Shown piece after piece: positions 1 to 12,187 of a stretch of 64,000 nt of DNA. The notes beneath the pieces are model-generated. The model did not search any database. It worked only from the letters and a program-made list of their open reading frames with translations, and had not been told where the DNA came from. The first letter of the stretch is position 1, and each line of letters begins with the position of its first letter. The translations under genes and the position numbers were made by a program. This stretch comes from Mobula hypostoma (Eukaryota): contig NC_086118.1 in the NCBI RefSeq assembly GCF_963921235.1, positions 17,734,001 through 17,798,000 on the forward strand, given 5' to 3'.

Positions 1-604
1 ATTTGGGCATACATAAGTTTTAAAGTAAAATATATGTCATTATTTTAGGCCTGATTCATCAATGTAACTTATGCTTTACCAATTCTTTTTCACTTTACTA
101 AATTACTGTTGATACTTTCCTTCTATGCCTTTGGGTGTGGCTTTGTATTGAGGTGTGTGATGTCCCATCTCCAGGATGTTGGTGTATTTTGCAAACGTTA
201 TAAACACAAGCTAATTTTTTTATTGTTTCACTTTTAAATTATGAATTGTAAATTCTGTCAGAGCCTCTTACTTGCAAGCTTATGTTGCAGTTGTGTGTTT
301 TGTGGAAGGGGAAACAGAGGTTAATTAGACAACATAGCAGAGCTGTTAGGGAACAAGTGTAATTTGTTCACATCCGTAGGTGGAATGACTGAATAGCTGA
401 AGCTGTGAGTTTGGTGGGATTTGCAAACTATATTGGACAAAACTGGAGGTTTAAACATGCCAAATTACTGTTTTTGATAACTGCTAATTTTTACCAAATA
501 TATACCTTGGGTTTCAAATTTGTTTAAGGTAATATATTTAGTTTCTAAGATTGTGGTCCTGTATGTGTCATAATGATGAAGACATTATTTACTTTCTGTT
601 CAAG

Positions 605-730
605 GTTGAGACTTGGTTGAATCGCGTGCTTGAAACCATGAAAGATACAGTGAGGCATGAAATGACTGAGGCTGTTGTGGTTTATGAAGAGAAGCCAAGA
701 GATCAGTGGCTGTTTGATTATCCAGCTCAG
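605..730 (+). CDS. DNAH9: Axonemal dynein heavy chain (DNAH9-like) internal coding exon, linker region
   Basis: ttcaag|GTTGAG...GCTCAG|gtaggc; 126 nt, phase 0/0; [42 protein letters not shown] matches outer-arm beta-type dynein heavy chains. Confidence 0.9.
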
Positions 731-1504
731 GTAGGCCAGAACAAACAACAAATCTGGCTTTATCACTAGCCTCTTGCTTGTATTTTAATCATTTGATATA
801 TTTCCAGCCTGCCAACAGTGATCGGGTTCCATGGCACTATTACGTGGAATGGATTTTGTCTTTATCACCTAGAAACCAGAGAGGAAAATAATTTGACACT
901 GTTTAGCAGCATTCACCAGCTAATTTCATCCTCCGTACAAGAGATGTGTTACATTTAGTTGATATAAAATGAATCCATCTCTCTTTGGTTCCCCTGTGTT
1001 GGCAAACTAAAAAAAACACAGTTCAAAGGTCACCAGAGCTATATTATATTTACATTATTAATCTTAATCTGGTTGCTAAACTCTGGGTTTCTTTTTAAAG
1101 TTGTAGACTGTATTTGTCTGATGAAAAGTCTTGGATCTAAAATGTTCAAATTACAGAGCTACATAGAATGGAAACAGACCCTCCAGCCCAACTTATCCAT
1201 GTCAACCAAATTGCCAACTCGAGCTAGCTCCATTTTCCCACACATGGCTCAAATCACTGTCAATCTTTTCATCCTAATTACATTTCTACTTCCATGCATC
1301 CTGCCTGACCTGCTGTCTGCTTCTAGCGCTTTGGTATCAGGTTCTGAGCATTTGCAGTTTTTTTGTTTTTCATTTTTGTATTGTTCATTTCTTCCTTTTT
1401 AATAGTAGACAACTTGATGAATCTTCTATTTGTACGCAAAATAATCTGTTTATTAATATTTGTGAACAATTCACTTTACGTTGAGCCTGCTTTTCTTGAA
1501 CCAG

Positions 1505-1744
1505 GTAGCACTTACTTGCACTCAGATTTGGTGGACTACAGAGGTTGGGATTTCCTTTGCCAGACTGGAAGAAGGGTATGAAAACGCCATTAAGGACTAT
1601 TACAAAAAGCAAGTTAATCAGCTGAATACACTTATCACCATGCTAATTGGTCAGCTCTCGAAGGGGGATCGGCAGAAGATCATGACCATCTGTACCATCG
1701 ATGTCCATGCACGAGATGTTGTTGCAAAGATAATTGCTCAGAAG
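1505..1744 (+). CDS. DNAH9: DNAH9-like coding exon
   Basis: aaccag|GTAGCA...CAGAAG|gttggt; 240 nt; [14 protein letters not shown]...[42 protein letters not shown] favours DNAH9 over DNAH17 (comparison from memory). Confidence 0.9.
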
Positions 1745-3344
1745 GTTGGTGCACCAAATATAATGAGATATTGACCATCTAATCCTATTTCATTGCAATG
1801 TCTCTCTTCACATTTTACATTGTGCATTTTAAGTTGATGCTTTTCCTATAATTTTGAAGCTTTTTAGGCATTTCAACCCATTGCTTTAACAGAATTATTA
1901 TACACCTTTTATGATTTTCAATTCCATTGACTTTTATTGAAGCAAAAGCACTGAAATTTTAATGTGGGAAATTTTGTATTATCCATACACCACTCTGCCC
2001 AATTCAAAATTATACCTAGTTAGCTTGTATCAAGAAGTTTGTAAGCCAGCAGAAAAGATGTTGAATGCCGCTATCAGATATAATTTCTATTATGATATAT
2101 CACTTATGACTTTCTTTTTTCACATTGAAATTTTGTGTTCACAGTTTACATCCATGGCTTAGACCTTGGAGATTTGGTGGTGGGGTGCATGGTAAAATCA
2201 ATCCTGAGGAGGATGGAACAAAAATTACATAAAAATGTACAGAGCAGGGTAATGATTGACAAATAATTCCTCAACACAGATAAATGTGAGGTAGGACATT
2301 TTGGGAGAAAGATTAGGTCAAGTCATCTATTACTTGGAGCTTGAATATCTGGATGGCATACACAAGTATACCACCAATGAAGCAACGTTCCTCCGGACAA
2401 AGGTGCACAACACTAAGTAACAATACCATAAATAAATTAACAGATAACATGACACAAGTCTAAAAAGTATCCAGTATAAAACTACTGGCACTTCATAGTT
2501 ATGAGACCTGGATGTTAGCAAGGAGCTCAGTAGTTTTGCTGCCTGGGGAAGGATGCTGTTTTCCATCCTAACAGTTCTTGTTCTAATGCTATGGTACCTC
2601 CTACCCGATAGTAAGTGGTCAAAGAGATTGTTGGATAGATGGGAGGGATCATTGACAATGCTAAGGGCCCTGAATATGCAGTGCTCTTGATAAATATCTC
2701 TGATGGGTGGAAGAGAGACCCTGATGTTCCTCTTTGTAGTCCACACAATCATTTGTAGGGACTTGTGGTCAGATGCCTAGCAATTCCTGTACCAGATGGT
2801 GATGCAGTTGGTCAGGACACTCTCAGTGGTATTCTAGTAAAAATTGGCTATGTGGCTGTGTGGGAGGAACCTCACTTGCTTGAATCTCCTCAGGGAATGG
2901 AGATGCTGCTGCGCTTTCTTGACCAAAGAGGCACCAAGTGATATCATCCATTATGTGCACTCCAAGAAACTTGGTGCTCCTAATTCTCTCCATAGAGGGG
3001 TCATTTATGTGTAGTGAGGAGTGGTCAGCCAGCACCTTCCTGAAGTCCAGAACTACCTCTTTGGTCTTGTCTACAATAAGACTGAAGTTACTGTGCTCGC
3101 ACCATTCTACCAGCTGCTGTACCTCCTCTCTGGACACTGTCTTGTTGCTGTTGTTTTAGCTGATAACAACACTTGGAGGAGAAGAGAGAGAAGGGAGATG
3201 AAAAGGAGCGACACACACATCTAGATGGAGTGCACTCGTTGCGCTAGCAAAAAGGACACGCGTCAAGTGGAATGTGCAGTTACTGCAAGGAGCTAACTAA
3301 AAAGAAAACAAGGAAAAAACGTAATTAAAATAACATAACTAAAG

Positions 3345-6300
3345 ATGGTGATGATTGGAACCATTACAGCATTTGATAGTGGCATTGAAAACTGGGTAAC
3401 TTACATTGAAAGAGTGGAGTTATATTGTGATGCTAATGGTGTTAATGATGAAAAGAAAGCCAGCTTCTTACTCAGTGTTATGGGAGCAAAAACATACGGG
3501 CTGCTACGGAGCTTGTTATCCCCTGAAAAGCCAGCTGTGAAAACGTTCAAGCAAATGGTAGACGCTCTCCAACAGCATTTAAACCCCAAACCACTGGTCA
3601 TTGCTGAAAGATTTAAATTGCACAAATGGAATCAGAGCAAAAATGAATGCATTTATGAATATTATGCTGAATTGCGCAAATTATCAGAACATTGTTAATT
3701 TGGAGCTTGTCTATTGGATGCATTGAGGGACGGGTTAGTGTGTGGCATGCAGTGTGAAACCACACAGAAGCGGCGCCAGGATGAAAAAGACCTTACATTC
3801 GAGAAGGCACTGAACATTACAATATCAATGGAAATAGCAGCACGGAGTGCTTCAGAGATACAACAAAAATCTCTGGAATATGCTACAAATAAAATGTCAC
3901 TGAACAGAAATGAAAGAAAGAAATGTTACCATTGTGGGAACATGTCACATGACCCTGAGGACTGTTGGTTTAAAGACAAAGAATGCCGAAACTGTGGTAA
4001 ACAGGGCCACACTGACAGAGTATGCAAAGCTAGTAAACAGCAGAAAAAGGACAAAATACAGAGAAACAAGAAACCCCAGAAAGGAAAATAAAACCATGTA
4101 CACAAAATGAAAATGACTCAGAGAAAAGTGAACTGTCTTGTCTGCAACTTCACAGCATGAAAGAGACACAAGTGGCAGGCATGAGACCGAAAATGGAGTT
4201 GGACACAGACTCAGCTTTAACAGTGATCTCTGCACACGACTACAAACAACTGTTTTCTCACATACTTCTGAAGCAAACTAAACTACTGCTAAAGACTTAC
4301 ACAGGACAGAAAGTGCATCCCAAAGGTAAAATTAAAGTGACAGTGACCTACGGAGACAAAACACAGCAGGTGAACCTCTATGTACTGAAAAATGGAGGAC
4401 CACTGTTGCTGGGAGGTGAATGGCTCAGGAAAATCCAGTTGGATTGGCACACCATCAAGGCACTAGATGTGTCAGCAAAGGAGGGCAGCAAGGCTACATC
4501 TGAGAGACTGTCACAAATACTTGCTGACTCTGAGGAAGTGTTCATGAAAGGAATAGGAACATTTCAGGGCATGAAGGCAAAGTCTGAGGAAAATGCATGT
4601 CCAAAATTTTACAAAGCCAGACCAGTGCCATATGCAATCCATCCTACAGTAGAGGCAGAGCTGAAAAATCTGGAGCAGACTGGGGTCCTGTCAAAGGTGG
4701 ATTGGAGTGAATGGGCCACGCCTATTGTTCTGGTGATGAAGAAAACCTCCAGCACAAAACCAGGAAAACCATCAAGGTGCACATATGTGGTGACTTTAAA
4801 GTAACTGTTAACCCAGTTCTCCACACAGTATGGTATCCTCTACCTCGTATTGAGACATTTTTGCATCCCTGTCAGGAGGGGAACATTTCACAAAAATTGA
4901 ACTGGCCCAGATTTATCTCCAAATGGAAATCAGTGCAGCATCCAAGAAATACCTGACAATAAATACACACAAAGGACTTTACCAGAATAACAGGTTCGTG
5001 TTTGGGATAGCATCAGCTCCTGCAATTTGGCAAAGGGCAATGGACCAGGTTCTGCAGGGGATTCCAGGGACTCAGTGTTACCTGGATGACATCATTGTCA
5101 TCGGCAAAGATGATGATGAACACCCTTCTAACCTTGAACAAGTGCTCACCAGGTTACGAGAATATGGGCTCAGAGCTAATCGACAGAAATGTAAGTTTTT
5201 CAAAAAGGAAATCTCATACCGTGAGTATGTTATCAACAAGAATGGCTTACACATTTCTCAAGACAAGATAGAAGCGGTGCTTAAGGCACCACCACCTGAA
5301 AATGTGTCTCAGCTGAGAGCTTATCTTGGTCTAGTGACATATTACCACAAGTTCTTGCCTCACCTATCCACAGTCCTACACCAACTAAATGCACTATTAC
5401 AGACAGGGACACAATGGAAGTGGACTGAGAGCTGTGAGAAAGCATTTCAAGAAACTAAAAGACTCGTAACTTTGGAAGGGGTGCTGGCACACTTTGACCC
5501 CTCCTTACCAATCCGACTAGCTTGTGATGCCTCGCCTCGTGGGGTAGGAGCTGTGTTATCGTACAAGTTTCCAGATGGCTCAGAAAGACCAATAGCCTTT
5601 GCCTCAAGAACATTAACTTTAGCTGAATGCAACTATGCACAGATTGACAGAGCCTAAGCCTCGTGTGGGGAGTCAAGAAATTTAGTCACTACCTGTATGG
5701 TTAAAGGTTTACACTGTTGACTGACCATCAGCCTCTTGTGTCAGTCTGCAGCCCAAGAAAAGGCGTTCCAGTGATGACAGCACAAAGGCTGCAGTGATGG
5801 TCTCTTTTCTTACAAGGTCATATATATGACATTGAACACAAGGGGACCAAGCAACATGGCAATGCAGATGGTTTGTCATGTTTACCACTGCCAACTTCAG
5901 AGATAACTACACAAATGGATTCAGCAGAGGTCTTTCACACAACAATTGTTGAACGATTACCAGTGAAAACAGCCTCATTGAAAGAGAAACACGCAATGAC
6001 CCTATGTTGTCAAAAGTGTATGACATCATGGTAAAGGATCGCCAGCGCATGGTAACACACTTTCCAGCCTTCTCAGCGGGGAAGGAGCGGTTGTCAGTGT
6101 GTTGGGGAACACTAATGTATAGTTCACGAGTTGTGATTCCTCCCAAGCTACGCAGCAGGGTGCTGGAGGAACTGCACAAGGGGCACCTGGGTACCGTGAA
6201 GATGAAAAGTCTTGCCCGTACCTATGTGTGGTTGCCAGGAATCGATAAACAGATTGAGGACTTGACCAAGAACTGCTCTGAATGTCAAAAGATCTGGAAC

Positions 6301-7207
6301 ACACCACCACAAGCCCGTCTCCAGCCATGGCAATGAGTGCTGCACCATTCATGGACTCCATCTTTTTAATCGCCATTGATGCACATTCCAAATGGCCAGA
6401 GGTCATCAAAATGAAGACAACCACATTGGAAAAGACCATTGCAGTTCTGAGGGCCATGTTCACCAGGAATGGCATACCAGAACAAATCTGCACAGACAAT
6501 GGACGACAATTCGTCTCTGAAGAATTCCAAAGTTTTGTGAAGAACAATGGAATCAGGCATCTTACATCTGCCCCTAACCATCCATCCACAAATGGCTTGG
6601 CAGAAAGATTTGTGCAACCATTCAAGAAAGCCATCAAGGCAATGGACAGCGAAAATCGACCACTACAACACAAGATAGACTGCTTCCTCCTCGCCTATCG
6701 TAATGCATTACATGCAACCACTAATCAGACTCCAGCAATGATGTTTCCAAACAGGAACCTGAGGTCCCACATGGATCTTCTCAAACCAGATGTACGGCAT
6801 GATGTGGAGAACAGACAGTTCAAACACTTGAATGCTAAGTCAACACGGAGCTTCAGTGTGGGACAGTCAGTTCTTGCACAGGATTACCCGACTGAAAAGT
6901 GGCAGCTGGGTACAATTTCCGCTATAGATGGGCCTCTGATGTATACAGTGGAGGTGGGAGAGAACGTATGGAGATGTCATGTGGACCAAATCCTGGATGC
7001 TCAGGTGAAAAACACAACAACACAACACCTTGCCCAGACTCCCCTGACATAGAAGCAAACACATCAGCCTCATCTACAGATAAGCCTGTCATCAGTGCTG
7101 AGGACCCACCTGATGTACCTGTGGAGACTCATTCCCCAAAGCAAACGTTTCAGGACAGATGTTACCCAGAGAGGCAGAGAAGACCTCCCCAGAGACTTGA
7201 GTTCTAA
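3345..7207 (+). pseudogene. Disrupted gag-pol of the Gypsy element
   Basis: ORF-track pieces 3345-3698, 3714-4091, 4157-4804, 4923-5657, 6004-6336, 6282-7052, 6899-7207 are consecutive parts of one polyprotein. Confidence 0.9.
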
Positions 7208-7333
7208 ATGGGTCTTAGACCAAAAGTAAAAAAAAGGATTGTTATAATTTGATATTATTAAGTTACTTTGTTATAATTTGTAAACAAATGGTAGGCGTTT
7301 GTACGTTAAGGGTAAACATATTTGTTTAGCATA

Positions 7334-7623
7334 GTCATTTTCTTTGGCACTTGAATGGGGCATGACTGCGCAAGTGCGTGTAAGTCGGACAGTGAGGCAG
7401 CGGGAGTATTTAAAAGAGAGCAGTTTGTGGAAGTCGGTCATTTTCTTTGGCAGTTGAGCAGGGCATCACTGCGCAAGTGCGTGAAAGTCGGACCGTGAGG
7501 CAACGGGCGTATTTAAAAGAGAGCAGTTTGTGGAAGTCGGTCATTTTCTTTGGCAGTTGAGCAGGGCATGACTGCGCAAGCGCGTGTAAGTTAGACCGTG
7601 AAGCAGCGGGAGTATTTAAAAGA
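7334..7623 (+). repeat. ~2.8 tandem copies of a 103-bp monomer forming the CR1 5' UTR
   Basis: Units start at 7334, 7437 and 7540 with gtcattttctttggca. Confidence 0.9.
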
Positions 7624-10600
7624 AAAATGATTAACAGAGCGGGCGACGGAGTAGAGGGAGACAGAGTAGGAAGGCTTTGGCTCCTGAGGCGTCGGTGAGC
7701 AGAGGCTGAGGAAGAGCTTCACTCCAAGTAAGGTAAGGCCTTTAATTAATCTAATTACCTTAGGAGGAGGTAATGGAGGCAGCAGTTAGGGCAGTTGAGT
7801 GCTCCGTTTGCAGGATGTGGGAGGTCAGGGCGAGCACAATCGTCCCTGATGACTGCACCTGCGAAAGGTGCATCCAGCTGCAGCTCCTGACAAACCCAGT
7901 TAGGGAACTGGAGTTGGATGAACTTCAGATCATTCGGGAGGCAGAGGCAGAAATAGAGAGGAGTTACAGGGAGATAGTCACCCCTAAGAGTCAGGAGACA
8001 GGTAGCTGGGTGACTGTCAGGAGAGGGAAGGGGAATAGACAGAATGGGCAGAGCATGCTTGTGGCCGTTCCCACCAATAATAAGTACATCGTTTTGGATA
8101 CTGTTGATGGAGACGACCTACCAGGGACAAGTTGTGGTGGTTGCATCTCTGGCACCGAGATGGGACCCTCAACTCAGAAGGGAAGGAGGGAAAAGAGGAG
8201 AGCAGTAGTTATAGGGGATTCGATAGTTAGGGGAACAGATAAGAAGTTCTGTGGAAAAAATCGAGAATCCCAGATGTCCTGTTGCCTCCCTAGTGCCAAG
8301 GTCCGCGATATCTCGGTATTCTCAAGAGGGAGGGTGAGCAGCCGGATGTCGTGCTCCATATAAGGGTGACATGGGTAGAAAGAGTGAGGAGGTCCTGAAA
8401 GGTGAGTTTAGGGAGTTAGGCGCCAAGTTAAAGGACAGGACCTCCAGGATAACAATCTCAGGATTGCTACCAGTGCCACGCGCAGGCGGGTTTAGAAATA
8501 GTCAAATAGCGCAAATCAACATGTGGCTGAAGTCATGGTGCAGGAGGGAGGGCTTCACCTTTACAGATAATTGGGCAGTTTTCCAAGGAGGGTGGGACCT
8601 ATTCCAGCGGGATGGTTTACATCTGAACTAGAGGGGGACAAATATTCTTGCAGGTGGGTTTGCTAGAGAGGCTCTGGTGGATTTAAGCTAGATGAGGGGG
8701 AGAGGGGAATCAGAGTGTAGGAACAGATGTAGGGAAGAAAGAAGAAAAAGAAAATAGTAAAGTTGTTTGCACCGTTAGAGATAAACAGAGAGTAAGAGGT
8801 GGAAAATTTCTTAAATGCACTTATTTTAATGCGAGGAGCAATATAAGAAAGGTGGGTGAGCTTAAAGCATGGGTTGATATCTGGAAGTATGATGTGGTAA
8901 CTATTAGTGAAACATGGTTGCAGGAGGGGTGTGATTGGAAACTAAATATTCCTGGATTTAATTATTTCAGGTGTGATAGAATCAGAGGGACAAGAGGGGG
9001 AGGTGTTGCATTGCTTGTCAGAGAAAATATTACAGTGGTGCTCTGGCAGGATAGATTAGAGGGCTCATCTAGGGAGGCTATTTGGGGGGAATTGAGGAAT
9101 GGAAAGGTGTAGTAACACTTACGGGGGTGTATTATAGACCAGCAAATGGGGAGCAAGAATTGGAGGAGCAAATTTGTAAGGAGATAGCAGATATTTGTAG
9201 TAAGCACAAGGTTGTGATTGTGGGAGATTTTAACTTTCCACACATAGACTGGGAAGCCCATACTGTAAAAGGGCTGGATGGTTTGGAGTTTGTAATATGT
9301 GTGCAGGATAGTTTTTTGCAGCAATACATAAAGGTACCAACTAGAGAAGGGGCAGTGTTGGATCTCCTGTTAGGGAATGAGGTAGATCAGGTCACGGAGG
9401 TTTGTGTTGGGGAGCACTTCGGGTCCAGTGATCACAATGCTATCAGTTTCAATATAATTATGGATAAGGATAGGTCTGGACCCAGGGTTGAGATTTTTGA
9501 TTGGAAAAAGGCTAACTTTGAGGAGATGCGAAAGGATTTAGGAGTGGATTGGGACAATTTGTTTTATGGGAAGAATGTATTAGAGAAATGGAGGTCATTT
9601 AAAGGTAAAATTTTGAAAGTACAGAATCTTTATGTTCCTGTTAGGTTGAAAGGAAACGTTAAAAGTTTGAGAGAGCCATGGTTTTCAAGGGATATTGGAA
9701 ACTTGGTTTGGAAAAAGAGAGATACCTACAATAAACATAGGCAGCATGGAGTAAATAAGGTGCTCGAGGAATATAAAGAATGTAAAAAGAATAGTAAGAA
9801 AGAAATTAGAAAAGCTAAAAGAAGATATGAGGTTGCTTTGGCAAGTAAGGTGAAAATAAATTCCAAGGGTTTCTATCATTATATTAATAACAAAAGGATA
9901 GTGAGGGATAAAATTGGTCCCTTAGAGAATCAGAATGGATAGCTATGCGTGGAGCCGAAAGAGATGGGGGAGATTCTGAACAATTTCTTTTCTTCGGTAT
10001 TCACTAAGGAGAAGGATATTGAATTGTGTAAGATAAGGGAAACAGGTAGGGAAGTTATGGAAACTATGATGATTAAAGAAGAGGAAGTACTGGAGCTTTT
10101 AAGGAATATAAAAGTGGATAAGTCTCCGGGTCCTGACAGAATATTCCCTAGGACCTTGAGGGAAGTTAGTGTGGAAATAGCAGGGGCTCTGACAGAAATA
10201 TTTCAAATGTCATTAGAAACGGGGATGGTGCCAGAAGATTGGCATATTGCTCATGTTGTTCCATTGTTTAAAAAGGGTTCTAAGAGTAAACCTAGCAATT
10301 ATCAGCCTGTGAGTTTGAAGTTAGTGGTGGGTAAATTGATGGAAAGTATTCCTAGAGATAGTATATATAATTATCTGGATAGACAGGGTCTGGTTAGGAA
10401 CAGTCAACACGGATTTGTGTGTGGCAGGTCAAGTTTGACAAATCTTATTGAATTTTTTTGAAGAGGTTACTAGGAAAGTTGACGAGGGTAAAGCGGTGGA
10501 TGTTGTCTATATGGACTTCAGTAAGGCCTTTGGCAAGGTCCCACATGGAAGGTTGGTTAGGAAGGTTCAATTGTTAGGTATTAATATTGAAGTAGTAAAA

Positions 10601-11690
10601 TGGATTCAGCAGTGGGTGGATACGAGACGCCAGAGAGTGGTGGTGGATAACTGTTTGTCAGATTGGAGGCCGATGACTAGTGGTGTGCCTCTGGGATCTG
10701 TACTGGGTCCAATGTTATTTGTCATATACATTAATCTAGATGATGGGGTGGTAAATTGGATGAGTAAGTATGCAGATGATACTAAGATAGGTGGTGTTGT
10801 GGATAATGAAGTAGGTTTTCAAAGCTTGCAGAGAGATTTAGGCCAGTTAGAAGATTGGGCTGAAAGATGGCAGATGGAGTTTAATGCTGATAAATGTGAG
10901 GTGTTACATTTTGGTAGGACTAATCAAAATAGGACATGCATGGTAAATGGTAGGGCATTGAAGAATCCTTTAGAACAGAGGGATCTAGGAATAATGGTGC
11001 ATAGTTCCCTCAAGGTGGAATCTCATGTGGATAGGGTGGTGAAGAAAGCTTTTGGTATGCTGGCCTTTATAAATCAGAGCATTGAGTATAGGAGTTGGGA
11101 TGTAATGTTGAAATTGTACAAGGCATTAGTGAGACCAAATTTGGAGTATTGTGTATAGTTCAGGTCATCGAATTATAGGAAAGATGTCAACAAAATAGAG
11201 AGAGTACAGAGAAGATTTACTAGAATGTTACCTGGGTTTTATCACCTAAATGACAGAGAAAGGTTGAACAAGTTGGGTCTTACTTTGGAAGGTAGAAGGT
11301 TGAGGGGGGACTTGATAAAAGGTATTTAAAAATATGAGGGGGATAGATAGAGTTGACATGGATAGGCTTTTTCCATAGAGAGTGGGGGAGATTCAAACAA
11401 GAGGACATCAGTTGAGAGTTAAAGGGCAAAAGTTTAGGGGTAACATGAGGGGGAACTACTTTACTCAGAGAGTGGTAGCTATGTGGAATGAGCGTCTGGC
11501 AGAAGTGGTTGAGGCAGGTTCGAAGTTGTCGTTTAAAGTTAAATTGGACAGTTATATGGACAGGAAAGGAATGGAGAGTTATGGGCTGAGTGCAGGTCGG
11601 TGGGACTAGGTGAGAGTAAGAGTTCAGCACGGACTAGAAGGGCCGAGATGACCTGTTTCTGTGCTGTAATTGTTATATGTTTATATGGTT
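7336..11690 (+). mobile_element. Near full-length CR1-clade LINE inserted in the Gypsy 3' UTR
   Basis: Repeated 5' UTR; ORF1 with Zn-finger (CSVC..CTCERC), coiled coil and SGNH esterase (GDSIVRG); ORF2 APE (SETWL, GDFNF, SDH) plus RT (YADD); (tatatggt)-like tail; ATAGT at both flanks (7331-7335, 11691-11695). Confidence 0.92.
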
Positions 11691-11744
11691 ATAGTGCCCC
11701 AGTAAAAAAAAAGTTGATACACTATTAAAATAAAAGGGGATGAG

Positions 11745-11942
11745 TGTACCGTATAGCCTACGTTATAATAAGGGACTACTTTATGTTTTAGTAACACATT
11801 GTTGCATGTGCTATTAGGCGCGTATTGATCTGTATGTGTGTGTCAAGTTCAGACTCTACCAGAAAAGAACCATGAAACTTAGTTCCCGTCTCCAGGGTTT
11901 TTATTATTAGCATAGTTGTGTAAACAGGCCACATACACAACA
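11745..11942 (+). repeat. 3' LTR of the Gypsy element (~198 bp)
   Basis: Purine tract aaaataaaaggggatgag ending at 11744, followed by TG...ACACAACA; the host LINE resumes at 11943. Confidence 0.7.
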
Positions 11943-12187
11943 GAGGCCAACCATTGTTGTGTCATCAGGAAACAATGATTTAAATTAATCTGGATCTAGC
12001 AGTGCAGTCATGTATCAGCAGTGTGACCAACAGTGGGCTGAGCATGCAGCCCTGAGGGGTGTCGGCGTTCAGCGTGATGGAGCTGGAGATGTTTCTGTCA
12101 ATATGGACTGACTGTGGCCTTTCGGTCAAGAAGTCCAAGATCCAATTACAGAGAGAGGTGTTGAGGGAAGTTTACCTACCAGATTTT

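Larger units (their letters stand above)
3165..11942 (+). mobile_element. Ty3/Gypsy (Mag-like) LTR retrotransposon, decayed; internal region 3172-7335, 3' part 11691-11942
   Basis: gag with two CCHC knuckles (CYHCGNMSHDPEDC, CRNCGKQGHTDRVC), then protease (LDTDS), RT (QCYLDD), RNase H (LACDAS), integrase (TDNG, NGLAE) in PR-RT-RH-IN order; stops and frameshifts throughout. Confidence 0.92.

Noticed and set aside
7334..7623. Regularly spaced repeats as a CRISPR array
   Set aside because: The units are whole 103-bp tandem monomers without unique spacers, in eukaryotic DNA at a LINE 5' end; no cas genes.
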